Source: Pseudoalteromonas translucida KMM 520
GTDB lineage: Bacteria > Pseudomonadota > Gammaproteobacteria > Enterobacterales > Alteromonadaceae
Direction: 5' to 3'
Length of the DNA stretch: 32,000 nt
NCBI RefSeq assembly: GCF_001465295.1
Contig: NZ_CP011034.1
Span: forward strand, 30,001 to 62,000
In this document: positions 1-14,127 of the stretch, piece after piece
How the letters are laid out: every line of letters begins with the position of its first letter
How positions within the stretch are numbered: the stretch's first letter is position 1
The notes under the pieces: model-generated
What the model was told of the DNA's origin: nothing
What the model saw: the letters and a program-made list of their open reading frames with translations, nothing else
Databases searched by the model: none
Program-made: the position numbers and the translations under genes

Positions 1-1
1 G

Positions 2-514
2 ATATGCCCACAATGTGGTTCAGAGCTAGTGATCCGCAATAGTAAATCAGGCCCATTTTTAGGCTGTGCCAGCTACCCCAAGTGCGACTTTATTCGACCG
101 CTGGCGCACCACGATAGCAGTGAAATAAAAGTGCTAGAAGATTCCGCATGTCCACAATGTAGTAAGCAGCTGGTGGTAAAAAATGGCCGCTACGGTATGT
201 TTATTGGTTGTACTGGGTATCCAGAGTGTCATTACATCGCGAATGAAAACGAGGCAAAGCAAAATGAAGAGCCATTACCTAGTTGCCCTAAATGTAAAAA
301 AGGCCGTTTAGTTTCACGTAGTAATAAATTTGGTAAAATATTTTATTCATGCGATTGCTACCCAAGCTGTAAATATACGCTGAATAATAAACCGGTTGAG
401 CAATCGTGCCCAGAATGTAACTGGCCACTGCTGATTGAGAGAAAAATGGCTAATAGCACTGTGTTACAATGCCCACAAAAAAGTTGTATGCATAAACTTG
501 CAGCCACTGAATAA
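2..514 (+). CDS. yrdD: Topoisomerase-type C4 zinc-finger protein (YrdD family), 5' end cut by the window edge
   Basis: The frame is open from nt 2 (ICPQCGSELV precedes the track's GTG at 29), so the true start lies upstream of the window. It has repeated CPxC...GCxxYPxC zinc-ribbon units like the TopA C-terminal fingers. The synteny yrdD-tsaC-aroE-yrdB-yrdA matches E. coli. Confidence 0.8.
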   Translation: MCPQCGSELVIRNSKSGPFLGCASYPKCDFIRPLAHHDSSEIKVLEDSACPQCSKQLVVKNGRYGMFIGCTGYPECHYIANENEAKQNEEPLPSCPKCKKGRLVSRSNKFGKIFYSCDCYPSCKYTLNNKPVEQSCPECNWPLLIERKMANSTVLQCPQKSCMHKLAATE

Positions 515-538
515 CGTTTAAAACTCCTGGAGACGATT

Positions 539-2054
<1,516 letters not shown>

Positions 2055-2072
2055 GGCTTCTTGTGTAAGTAT

Positions 2073-2098
2073 AAAAGGCGCTATGTAGCGCCTTTTTT
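2073..2098. terminator. Bidirectional rho-independent terminator between convergent hemF and the truncated haemoglobin gene
   Basis: AAAA-GGCGC-tatgta-GCGCC-TTTTTT. The GC stem is flanked by an A-run and a T-run, so it can terminate on either strand. Confidence 0.7.
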
Positions 2099-2115
2099 GT
2101 ATTTAGTGTTATGCG

Positions 2116-2565
2116 TTAATGCTGGTTAATCATATGGCTCGCTAGCTGTCCAAACGATTGCTTTAGGCCTTCTCGAAGTAATGGATTATCTACTTCAAGG
2201 TCTAATGTTTTATTCATGCAGTACATCCATTGGTCGCGCAAGTCTTGATCAATGGCAAAGGGCATATGGCGTTTACGCAGCATAGGGTGGCCATGTTTTG
2301 CTACAAATAGGTCTGGACCACCTAACCAGCCAGATAAAAATTCAAAAAACACTTGGCGAATTCTATCTAATGGCAGAGGATGCATATCATATAACGGTTT
2401 AGCGTATTCATCTGTGGCCATAATATCGTAGAATCTATTTGCAATAGCGAGTGCACCTGCTTCTCCACCTAGTATTTCATAAGGTGTTTTTTCTGGTGTG
2501 GGTGTTTGCTCTATTGTAGCGGGCTTAGATTTTGAAAAAAGTCGTTTAATCATATTATTTATCAT
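2116..2565 (-). CDS. Group II (2-on-2) truncated haemoglobin, GlbO/YjbI type
   Basis: 149 aa. The YEILGGEAGALAIANRFYDIM opening and the HPMLRKRHMPFAID...RDQWMYCM segment are characteristic of trHbO proteins. The start is uncertain: ATG at 2565 or at 2553, and neither has a clear SD. Confidence 0.85.
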   Translation of the reverse strand: MINNMIKRLFSKSKPATIEQTPTPEKTPYEILGGEAGALAIANRFYDIMATDEYAKPLYDMHPLPLDRIRQVFFEFLSGWLGGPDLFVAKHGHPMLRKRHMPFAIDQDLRDQWMYCMNKTLDLEVDNPLLREGLKQSFGQLASHMINQH

Positions 2566-2607
2566 CGTTAATAGGCAGTGTTACTACTGCAAAGAGGTTG
2601 CTTTAAA

Positions 2608-3432
2608 ATGGACAAATATGCGGTTTTTGGAAATCCAATAAAACATTCAAAATCCCCCGCGATACATAAACAATTTGCTATCTCTTTAGGTGAGCAAATC
2701 GACTATCGCGCAATCTTAGCACCTATCGATAACTTTGAAAAAACAGTATCGAATTTTTTTGCTCAAGGCGGTAAGGGAGCTAATGTAACTATGCCCTTTA
2801 AAGAACAAGCTTTTGCAATGGCAGATGAGCTCACACCATTAGCTAAAATTGTCGGTGCAGTAAATACTTTAAAAAAGCAAACAGACGGCACGTTACTAGG
2901 TGATAACACCGACGGCATCGGCTTTGTAAACGATCTGCTGGCAAATAATGTCAGCATTACTGGTAAACGTATTTTAATAATAGGCGCAGGCGGGGCAGCA
3001 AGAGGGGTTGTTTTACCCTTGTTGGATCATCAGCCACAGGAAGTTGTTATTGTTAATCGTACCGCCGAAAAAGCACAAAATTTAGCAAAGTTGTTTGCGC
3101 AACATGGCAAAGTGTCGGGTTATGGTTTTAACAACCTACCAGAAAACGATTATGCGCTTATCATAAACTCCACCTCTAGCAGTATGAATGACGAGCTTCC
3201 AGCACTTGATCAAAAACATATTACTAACTGTGAAGTAGCGTATGACATGTTTTATTCATTGCAAAACACCATTTTTATGAATTGGGTAGCGCAGTATAAT
3301 AGTAATACTAAACTATTGGATGGCAGTGGTATGCTAGTTGGTCAGGCTGCCCAGGCATATTATGTATGGCGTAATAAAATGCCTGCAATATTACCTGTCG
3401 TTAATGCACTAAAACAGGGAACACTTACATGA
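2608..3432 (+). CDS. aroE: Shikimate dehydrogenase
   Basis: AroE motifs are present (FGNPIxHSKSP, Gx[23 protein letters not shown] Rossmann motif). Start chosen at ATG 2608 ([10 protein letters not shown]) with AGAGG at 2592-2596, not the track's GTG at 2578. Confidence 0.93.
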   Translation: MDKYAVFGNPIKHSKSPAIHKQFAISLGEQIDYRAILAPIDNFEKTVSNFFAQGGKGANVTMPFKEQAFAMADELTPLAKIVGAVNTLKKQTDGTLLGDNTDGIGFVNDLLANNVSITGKRILIIGAGGAARGVVLPLLDHQPQEVVIVNRTAEKAQNLAKLFAQHGKVSGYGFNNLPENDYALIINSTSSSMNDELPALDQKHITNCEVAYDMFYSLQNTIFMNWVAQYNSNTKLLDGSGMLVGQAAQAYYVWRNKMPAILPVVNALKQGTLT

Positions 3433-3683
3433 ACCAAGCAATACAATTTATAGATAGGCTAGAATTTAGAGAGCCAGCGCACCAATTAGTCTTTTTTGCA
3501 CAAGTAAATGGCATGCTGGTGGAATGTATTATTGCAGTAAGTAGTTTAGGTTTGACCGATGAAAGTCATGCAACAAGTTACTTTGAAAAAAATCGTTTTG
3601 ATTACGAAGAGCGCGCCGAGCAACTTATCGAAGATGAAAGTTACAACTCGGCAGGCCAAATAGAAGTCAGCTTAATTAGCTAA
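3429..3683 (+). CDS. yrdB: YrdB-like small protein (DUF1488)
   Basis: 84 aa. The N-terminus MNQAIQF matches my memory of E. coli YrdB. ATGA overlap with the aroE stop indicates translational coupling. The position aroE-yrdB / yrdA is conserved. Confidence 0.8.
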   Translation: MNQAIQFIDRLEFREPAHQLVFFAQVNGMLVECIIAVSSLGLTDESHATSYFEKNRFDYEERAEQLIEDESYNSAGQIEVSLIS

Positions 3684-3687
3684 GTGC

Positions 3688-4227
3688 TTATATAACGTCG
3701 TCACTTAAGTACTCATTTTTAAGCAGTACATAGTTATCCGCAGATACTTTTAAAAATGTAAGCTCTTGCTCGGTAAGCGCTCGGGCTTGCTTAACTGGGC
3801 TGCCTACATATAAATAACCAGACTCCAAACGCTTATTTGGTGGCACCAATGACCCCCCGCCAATAATCACATTATCTTCAATAATGGCATTGTCCATAAT
3901 AATTGCGCCCATTCCCACCAATATACGGTTACCTAACTGACAACCATGTAACATAACCTTGTGCCCAACCGTTACATCATCACCAATAATAAGCGGATAA
4001 CCTTCGGGGTTACTTTTGGTTGCTCGCGATAAATGCAGCACGCTACCATCTTGTATATTAGTACGTTCACCAATGCGTATATAGTTTACATCGCCACGGG
4101 CAGCAACTAACGGCCACACGCTGCTATCATCACCCAAAGTAATATCGCCAACCAATACCGATGATTCATCTATATAAACAGACGCATTAAATGAAGGGGT
4201 AACACCTTTATAAGAACGGATTGTCAT
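3688..4227 (-). CDS. yrdA: Gamma-class carbonic anhydrase family / hexapeptide-repeat protein (YrdA type)
   Basis: 179 aa with left-handed beta-helix hexapeptide repeats (GDDVTVGHKVMLHGC, VGMGAIIMDNAIIEDNVIIG). Lies adjacent to the rrn operon, like E. coli yrdA next to rrnD. Confidence 0.88.
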   Translation of the reverse strand: MTIRSYKGVTPSFNASVYIDESSVLVGDITLGDDSSVWPLVAARGDVNYIRIGERTNIQDGSVLHLSRATKSNPEGYPLIIGDDVTVGHKVMLHGCQLGNRILVGMGAIIMDNAIIEDNVIIGGGSLVPPNKRLESGYLYVGSPVKQARALTEQELTFLKVSADNYVLLKNEYLSDDVI

Positions 4228-4390
4228 ATCTGCACCTTTAACTAACAGTTATATTAAATTATGAGTGTAACAGCAGAGCTTATTTAAGTGCCACAAAAGC
4301 AGTAATTGTTTATAAAACTATCAGTTTTAGGCGCTTTAGGTCAGTAACTGAGCGAACGTCATTTTTTTTTAGTTTTTCAGTAAAAAATGC

Positions 4391-4418
4391 TTGCGTAAAA
4401 TCTGCGGCTCCCTATAAT
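4391..4418 (+). promoter_or_regulatory. rrn promoter P1 (sigma-70)
   Basis: TTGCGT (4391-4396), 16-nt spacer, TATAAT (4413-4418), then the GC-rich discriminator GCGACCCC. An A/T tract at 4361-4390 looks like an UP element. The architecture mirrors E. coli rrn P1. Confidence 0.75.
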
Positions 4419-4527
4419 GCGACCCCACTGAGAAGGGAAACGCCGAAGCATAGCAAGGCACGAACTACTTAGAGAGTTAAATAAAACTTCGGTTTTAAAT
4501 TGTCGAAAGAAAGTTTAAAACAAAGTG

Positions 4528-4555
4528 TTGACTCGAAAAATAAAGGATGTATTAT
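4528..4555 (+). promoter_or_regulatory. rrn promoter P2 (sigma-70)
   Basis: TTGACT (4528-4533), 16-nt spacer, TATTAT (4550-4555). These are the same hexamers as E. coli rrnB P2. It lies about 135 nt downstream of P1. Confidence 0.7.
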
Positions 4556-4587
4556 ACGCATCCCTTGAGACGCTAAAGCGACTCAAA

Positions 4588-4600
4588 CGTTCTTTAACAA
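4588..4600 (+). promoter_or_regulatory. Leader boxA antitermination element
   Basis: CGTTCTTTAACAA matches the boxA consensus TGCTCTTTAACAA at 11 of 13 positions. It sits in the rrn leader downstream of P2. Confidence 0.7.
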
Positions 4601-4607
4601 TATAAAG

Positions 4608-4627
4608 CAATCATCTGTGTGGGCACT
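4608..4627 (+). other. 5' strand of the 16S processing (RNase III-type) stem; partner at 6390-6409
   Basis: CAATCATCTGTGTGGGCACT (4608-4627) is complementary to AGTGTCCACACAGATGATTG (6390-6409), with a single G-U position. The two strands bracket the 16S gene. Confidence 0.75.
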
Positions 4628-4829
4628 CGTACAGATTGAGTTCTAACAGCCAAACTACTTACTCTTTATGGGTAATTAGCGAGGCAAAAAAATTAGAGTC
4701 TCAATTGAAAACTGAGTGACCAACAGAAGTAACTTATTTATAAGTTGCTTCGGCACAGTCAATTCAATATCGAAAGATATTAAAATAAATTCAGAATTCA
4801 TTGAGCTGTCGAAAGACATAAAACTTTTT

Positions 4830-6364
<1,535 letters not shown>

Positions 6365-6440
6365 TACGATTTAGAACTTATTTGTTCGTAGTGTCCACAC
6401 AGATGATTGTTAATTGTAAAGAGAACAACACTTATTGTTT

Positions 6441-6517
<77 letters not shown>

Positions 6518-6628
6518 CTTTACTCCCATACATCGTTATGGAATATCTCGTTTAGTAAACTAAACGTCGATTTCCCACGCCTTGCCTGGAAGCAAAGTCG
6601 GTATACAAACAGTAAGACCAGCATATGT

Positions 6629-6704
6629 GGGGCTATAGCTCAGCTGGGAGAGCGCCTGCCTTGCACGCAGGAGGTCAGCAGTTCGATCCTGCTTAGCTCC
6701 ACCA
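6629..6704 (+). tRNA. alaT: tRNA-Ala (anticodon TGC)
   Basis: 76 nt, GGGGCTATAGCTCAGCTGGGAGAGC...CTTGCAC anticodon loop...GCAGTTCGATCCTGC...CTCCACCA, with the G3:U70 identity pair. Located in the 16S-23S spacer. Confidence 0.97.
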
Positions 6705-6793
6705 CTTTACTTCTTAAAAATAAATATTCTTTATCGGGTCATAAACGACCTGAGAATGAAGTGTGTTTAATTTTGAGAAGTTTTTATTTCTCT

Positions 6794-6806
6794 TGCTCTT
6801 TAAAAA
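6794..6806 (+). promoter_or_regulatory. Spacer boxA antitermination element
   Basis: TGCTCTTTAAAAA matches the boxA consensus at 11-12 of 13 positions. It lies upstream of the 23S gene, as in enterobacterial rrn spacers. Confidence 0.65.
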
Positions 6807-6934
6807 TTTGGAAAAGCTGATAATAAAATTCTGATGAATACATTGTATTTATCAAGAGTTTTCAAAAGTAAAAAAAGAATGGTAGCAGTACCATTCAGTG
6901 CCATTTAGTTAACTCTTATGAGTTGATTGATTGG

Positions 6935-7009
6935 TATCTACTTTAGTATTCAATATTGACTTCTGGCGAAGTTAAACTGTCACACAACAAAGACCCGTTT
7001 GGGTTGTAT
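6935..7009 (+). other. 5' strand of the 23S processing stem; partner at 9899-9960
   Basis: TATCTACTTTAGT (6935-6947) pairs with ACTAAAGTAGATA (9948-9960). AACTGTCACA and CGTTTGG..GTTGTAT upstream of 23S pair with TGTGACAGTT and ATACAAC..CCAAACG downstream. This forms a long imperfect helix enclosing the 23S gene. Confidence 0.7.
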
Positions 7010-9898
<2,889 letters not shown>

Positions 9899-10043
9899 AC
9901 AACGCCAAACGCGTTTTATGTGACAGTTCAAGCAAGAAGTTAATATAACTAAAGTAGATATTACTGAAGAACGACTTAAAAAATATTATCAGATATTTTC
10001 CAAATTCAGTTAATTTGTAGTAATACGAATTAACGTCCTAATT

Positions 10044-10161
10044 TGCTTGGTAACAATAGCGTTTTGGACCCACCTGATCCCATGCCGAACTCAGTAGTGA
10101 AACGAAACAGCGCCGATGATAGTGTAGCATTTGCTATGTGAAAGTAGGACATTGCCAGGCT
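10044..10161 (+). rRNA. rrf: 5S ribosomal RNA
   Basis: TGCTTGGTAACAATAGCG...CCCACCTGATCCCATGCCGAACTCAGTAGTGAAACG...GTAGGACATTGCCAGGCT is collinear with E. coli 5S. The ends are good to within about 2 nt. Confidence 0.95.
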
Positions 10162-10172
10162 CCAAATTGTAG

Positions 10173-10204
10173 AAAGCCCGAATCTAACGATTCGGGCTTT
10201 TTTA
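10173..10204 (+). terminator. rrn operon rho-independent terminator
   Basis: GCCCGAATC-taac-GATTCGGGC followed by TTTTTT, immediately after the 5S gene. Confidence 0.85.
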
Positions 10205-10463
10205 CGTCTGCAGAAAAGTGGAGTTTGGGTGAATAATACACACTCAATATACACTAAAGTCTCTCATGTAGGTCGGGAGAGCAACGTGACTACCGACGAT
10301 AAAGAGCTTTAAAATAGCTAAGGAGACTGTAGCCTTTAACGAGTCGTTGTATTCTCAAGCTAGAAATTCATTTTTAAAATCATTTTGTTGCAATTTCACT
10401 GTTGGTTTAATAAGTGACCTGTGTAAAACTACTGAGGTTAATTCAGTAAATCAGGTGACATGA

Positions 10464-11396
10464 ATGTCAAATATTAAAGCTTGGAAACTTATCAGCCTGT
10501 TTTGTTTGTTTGCGGTGCTTATGGGTTGCCAATCTAAAGAAGAGCAACTGCAAAAAACAATTCAAGAATCGATTAAAAAAGCGGAGGTTGAGCTATCACA
10601 GCTAGGTACTGCGCTTGATAATGGTAGTTTGCGAAATGCATTATTACTTAAAGAATACGGTGTTCAGCTTAAAAATCAGCAACCAGAACTTTCAAAAGTT
10701 GTTGATGTAATTACCCTTGACGCCACTCGTCAAGGTGCACTTTACAGTGGTTTAACACAGCGACTTAAAGATATTAAGGGCACCTACCTTATTCCTCCTT
10801 ACGAAGATACTTTGCACAGTATTGATTTATTGCGCGAAGCTGCAAAGCCTACGCTATTCTCAGATGCGTTAACCGATCCTATTAATATGCTTGCGGATAT
10901 GTCTAAAGGCAATTTAGCGCGTATTGGTGCTATTAGTCAGCAAGCTGAAGGCGCTGGAGTTGGTAACCAAATGGTGGGTAATCCTAATTATGGTAACTGG
11001 CAATCTAACAGCAATGGTACTAGCTTTTGGCAATGGTACGGTATGTATCGTATTTTAGGGGATGTATTTAATCGTGTTGAATATGGTAGCTGGAGCCGAG
11101 GTCGTAAATATAGTTATTACAATGACTACGGCCGTTCACGTTACTCAAGCCCAAAACAAATTAAAGCGCAGAGCACGCTAGAAACACGTACGCGTCAATC
11201 ATATCAACGCCAAGGTAAGCAATTTACTAGCCCTTATGCGAGCAAAAAAACGGGGGCGTCAGGCTTAAGCCGAAGTAGCTACACACCACCTAAAAGTCGC
11301 AGTAGTTATTCTCGTTCGAGTAGTTACAGTAATAACTCGGGCTCAGTTCGTAACAGTGGTAGTAGAACCTCTCGTGGCGTGAGCCGTGGTAAGTAA
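10464..11396 (+). CDS. Lipoprotein with helical N-domain and Ser/Arg/Tyr-rich low-complexity tail; possibly a distant YjfM/DUF1190 analogue
   Basis: 310 aa with a signal peptide plus lipobox (AVLMGC). AGGTG SD 6 nt upstream of ATG 10464. The C-terminal ~140 aa is compositionally biased (SRSSYTPPKSRSSYSRSSSYSNNSG...). First gene of a tightly spaced plus-strand cluster. Confidence 0.75.
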   Translation: MSNIKAWKLISLFCLFAVLMGCQSKEEQLQKTIQESIKKAEVELSQLGTALDNGSLRNALLLKEYGVQLKNQQPELSKVVDVITLDATRQGALYSGLTQRLKDIKGTYLIPPYEDTLHSIDLLREAAKPTLFSDALTDPINMLADMSKGNLARIGAISQQAEGAGVGNQMVGNPNYGNWQSNSNGTSFWQWYGMYRILGDVFNRVEYGSWSRGRKYSYYNDYGRSRYSSPKQIKAQSTLETRTRQSYQRQGKQFTSPYASKKTGASGLSRSSYTPPKSRSSYSRSSSYSNNSGSVRNSGSRTSRGVSRGK

Positions 11397-11422
11397 AAGA
11401 ATAAAGTTGGAGTTAGAGTAAT

Positions 11423-12322
11423 ATGTATGAATTTAATGGAATAACTATGTGGTCACTGCAAGCGCTGGCGATTGATTTTGCAATTATTGTTTTGCTGTTT
11501 GTGAGTCTTAAATATATTAAGGGTTGGGTATCTAACCTGCATGCTAATGATGAAATTACTGAGCGTGATAACTTTGCATTTGGTATTAGTTTTGCTGCGG
11601 GTTTAGTTGCATTGGCGATTGTGCTTACTGGTGTGAGCAGCGGTGCTTTTGCGGTGTCATTACAGCAAGAAGCTCTGCAAATGCTGGGCTATGGTGCACT
11701 GGCTATTTTACTCATTAAGCTTGGGCATTTCTTTCAAGATAAAGTTGCGCTACGTAAAGTGAGCTTACATAGCGAAATAGTTAAAGGTAACGTGACAGCG
11801 GCTGTTATCGACTTTGGCCACGTTGTTAGTGTCGCCATTGTAATTCGCTCGGCATTGCTCTGGGTGGCTACCGACGGCTGGCATGGTTTACCTATTGTGG
11901 TTGCAGCTTTTGTTATTGGTAGCCTAGTGTTGTTGGTAGTGAGCCAATATCGCGTACAGCTGTTTAAGCGCACCAATAAAAGTGGTGATTGCTTACAACA
12001 AGCAATTATTGATGGCAACTTAGCTGTGGGTATTCGTTATGCCGGTTTTTTAATTGGCAGCGCATTAGCCATTACCGCAGCAACGGGTATTGCGCCTTAC
12101 GTAGCCGATAATATTAATGCGAGTTTGTTGTACTGGGCTATTAGTGCAGTAGTTAGTTTACTGGTATTTATTATTTTGCATTTAGTGACAATTAAAATAA
12201 TTTTATCTGGCTGTGATATTTCAGATGAAGTGAACCGTCAAAAAAATGTGGGTGTAGCCGCGATTTCTGCAGCGTTATCATTTGCGGTAGGTATAACTAT
12301 GGCAACACTATTAGGCGCATAA
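11423..12322 (+). CDS. Polytopic membrane protein with repeated DUF350 (YjfL-like) units
   Basis: 299 aa and very hydrophobic. It carries three DUF350-like signatures (ERDNFAFGISFAAGLVALAIVLTG; VKGNVTAAVIDFGHVVSVAIVI; IDGNLAVGIRYAGFLIGSALAI). Lies 26 nt after the lipoprotein gene and 4 nt before the next gene. Confidence 0.7.
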   Translation: MYEFNGITMWSLQALAIDFAIIVLLFVSLKYIKGWVSNLHANDEITERDNFAFGISFAAGLVALAIVLTGVSSGAFAVSLQQEALQMLGYGALAILLIKLGHFFQDKVALRKVSLHSEIVKGNVTAAVIDFGHVVSVAIVIRSALLWVATDGWHGLPIVVAAFVIGSLVLLVVSQYRVQLFKRTNKSGDCLQQAIIDGNLAVGIRYAGFLIGSALAITAATGIAPYVADNINASLLYWAISAVVSLLVFIILHLVTIKIILSGCDISDEVNRQKNVGVAAISAALSFAVGITMATLLGA

Positions 12323-12326
12323 TCGA

Positions 12327-14048
12327 GTGTCATCAACTATAAAAAGCCCAAGTAAATTTAGTTTACTTGGGCACGATATTTTACTTATTACCGTTATGGC
12401 TGTACTCGCAGGGTGTGGCCTTATTTATGAATACTTACTGTCTCATTATGCGGGGCGGGTACTTGGCTCAGTAGAAAGCGCTATTTATGCGATGATCGGC
12501 ACTATGATAGTCGCAATGGGCATTGGCGCATTTTTAGCGCGTTGGTTTAAAGATGCATTTACCGCCTTTGCTTGGCTAGAAAGTATAATTGCTTTGATTG
12601 GCATGGGCTGTATTTTGGCCATTGCCGGCGTTATTGCTGTGAGTTATTCGCTGCCGCATATGTTTTCGAGTATTTTTAATTTGCCTCCCGACGTAGTACT
12701 CAATGGCTATGTATTTCAAAAGCTACAAGAGTGGTCGCGTTTTTTACCCTATGTATTTGGCCTTATACTTGGCTTGTTTATTGGTATGGAAATACCGCTT
12801 ATCGCGCGTATTCGTCAGCATGTTTATGGTCGTTTTTTAGAGAATAACGCAGGAACAATTTATGGTGCCGACTATATAGGTGCCGGAATTGGCGCGGCTA
12901 TTTGGGTTAGTATTATGTTGTCTATGCCCATAATGCAAGCAGCTGCGTGGACTGCGCTGTTTAATATAATTGCAGGGCTTGCCTTTTTATGGCGGTATCA
13001 TACCTATGTACGCTTTGCAAAGCTGTTATTAGCGTGTCACCTGTTATTGCTAGTATTATTTGCGTTTATATTGGTATTAGGCAGTAGCTGGATGGATAAC
13101 TTGAGCAATGTTTTATACAAAGACAAGGTTATTTATTCCCAAGCCACTAAATATCAACATGTGGTACTAACCGAGCGGTTAAGTAAAAATCAGCCACAGC
13201 CAATAACCGATTTATACTTAAATGGGCGCTTACAGTTTTCTAGTGTTGATGAGCAAATATATCATTCAATGTTAGTTTACCCGGCTATGTTGGCGTCAAA
13301 TCGTCATGAGCGGGTACTGATCATTGGTGGTGGCGATGGGCTGGCACTTAGAGATGTTTTAAAGTGGCCGGTGAGCAAAGTAACCCTGATTGACCTTGAT
13401 GGGCAATTGCTTAATTTGTTTGGCCATAAAGACGCTGAGTTTACTTCGCCTGAAGATATTAGCCAGCGGTTGTTAAGCCTTAATAGCAAATCTATGCATG
13501 ATCCGCGTGCAGATATTATTGTTGGTGATGCCTTTTTAGAAGTTGAAAAGTTGCTCGACCAGGCAAAGCAATTTGATACTATTTTAATTGATTTACCGGA
13601 CCCTAATCATCCCGATTTAAATAAAATGTATAGTGATTACTTTTATAATCATGTACGCCAATTACTAGCACCAGATGGAGCAATGGCGGTGCAGTCAACC
13701 TCGCCTTATCATGCTAAAAAAGCATTTTTAAGTATTGCTAAAACGGTTAAAGCGGCTGGATTTGAATATGTAGAACAGTATCAACAAAACATACCTTCAT
13801 TTGGGCAATGGGGCTGGACTATAGCTACTAAAATGGGGCAATCGGCTAGTGGGCGAATTAACGATGTAACCGCAATGCCGATACCATCAAGGTGGATCAG
13901 TAAAGAATATTTACTGGCTAGTTTTGTTTTTCCGAATAATTATTTTGAACATGTTAAAGATATTGAAGTCAATAGGTTAGGCTCTGGTCAACTGTACGAT
14001 TATTACCGTACAGCATGGCAAATAGAAAGCGAGTTGTATAAAAACTAA
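12327..14048 (+). CDS. Membrane-anchored spermidine-synthase-like polyamine aminopropyltransferase (about 7 TM segments + SpeE-like domain)
   Basis: 573 aa with a GTG start 4 nt after the previous stop. The N-terminal ~255 aa has about 7 hydrophobic helices. The C-terminal domain has SpeE-family motifs (YLNGRLQFSSVDEQIYHSML, VLIIGGGDGLALRDVL, ILIDLPDPNHP, LAPDGAMAVQSTSP). Confidence 0.85.
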   Translation: MSSTIKSPSKFSLLGHDILLITVMAVLAGCGLIYEYLLSHYAGRVLGSVESAIYAMIGTMIVAMGIGAFLARWFKDAFTAFAWLESIIALIGMGCILAIAGVIAVSYSLPHMFSSIFNLPPDVVLNGYVFQKLQEWSRFLPYVFGLILGLFIGMEIPLIARIRQHVYGRFLENNAGTIYGADYIGAGIGAAIWVSIMLSMPIMQAAAWTALFNIIAGLAFLWRYHTYVRFAKLLLACHLLLLVLFAFILVLGSSWMDNLSNVLYKDKVIYSQATKYQHVVLTERLSKNQPQPITDLYLNGRLQFSSVDEQIYHSMLVYPAMLASNRHERVLIIGGGDGLALRDVLKWPVSKVTLIDLDGQLLNLFGHKDAEFTSPEDISQRLLSLNSKSMHDPRADIIVGDAFLEVEKLLDQAKQFDTILIDLPDPNHPDLNKMYSDYFYNHVRQLLAPDGAMAVQSTSPYHAKKAFLSIAKTVKAAGFEYVEQYQQNIPSFGQWGWTIATKMGQSASGRINDVTAMPIPSRWISKEYLLASFVFPNNYFEHVKDIEVNRLGSGQLYDYYRTAWQIESELYKN

Positions 14049-14060
14049 TAAAACATGGTT

Positions 14061-14107
14061 GACATAATATGTCGGCCATGAGAATCTTAACTCAGACATA
14101 ATATGTC
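14061..14107. promoter_or_regulatory. Two identical 13-bp palindromes GACATAaTATGTC (14061-14073, 14095-14107); candidate operator pair
   Basis: These are exact repeats 34 bp apart centre-to-centre, in the 79-nt gap upstream of the yjfI-like gene. The first is embedded in TTGACA (14059-14064). With flanks, the two sites are mirror images: TTGACATAATATGTC and GACATAATATGTCAA. Confidence 0.5.
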
Positions 14108-14127
14108 AAACGACAAAAGGCAGAGAC

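Noticed and set aside
14061-14107. The GACATAATATGTC palindromes read as transcription terminators for the SpeE-like gene.
   Set aside because: The arms are 6 bp with a 1-nt centre, and they are AT-rich with no T-run. They cannot form a stable terminator hairpin, so a DNA operator is the better interpretation.
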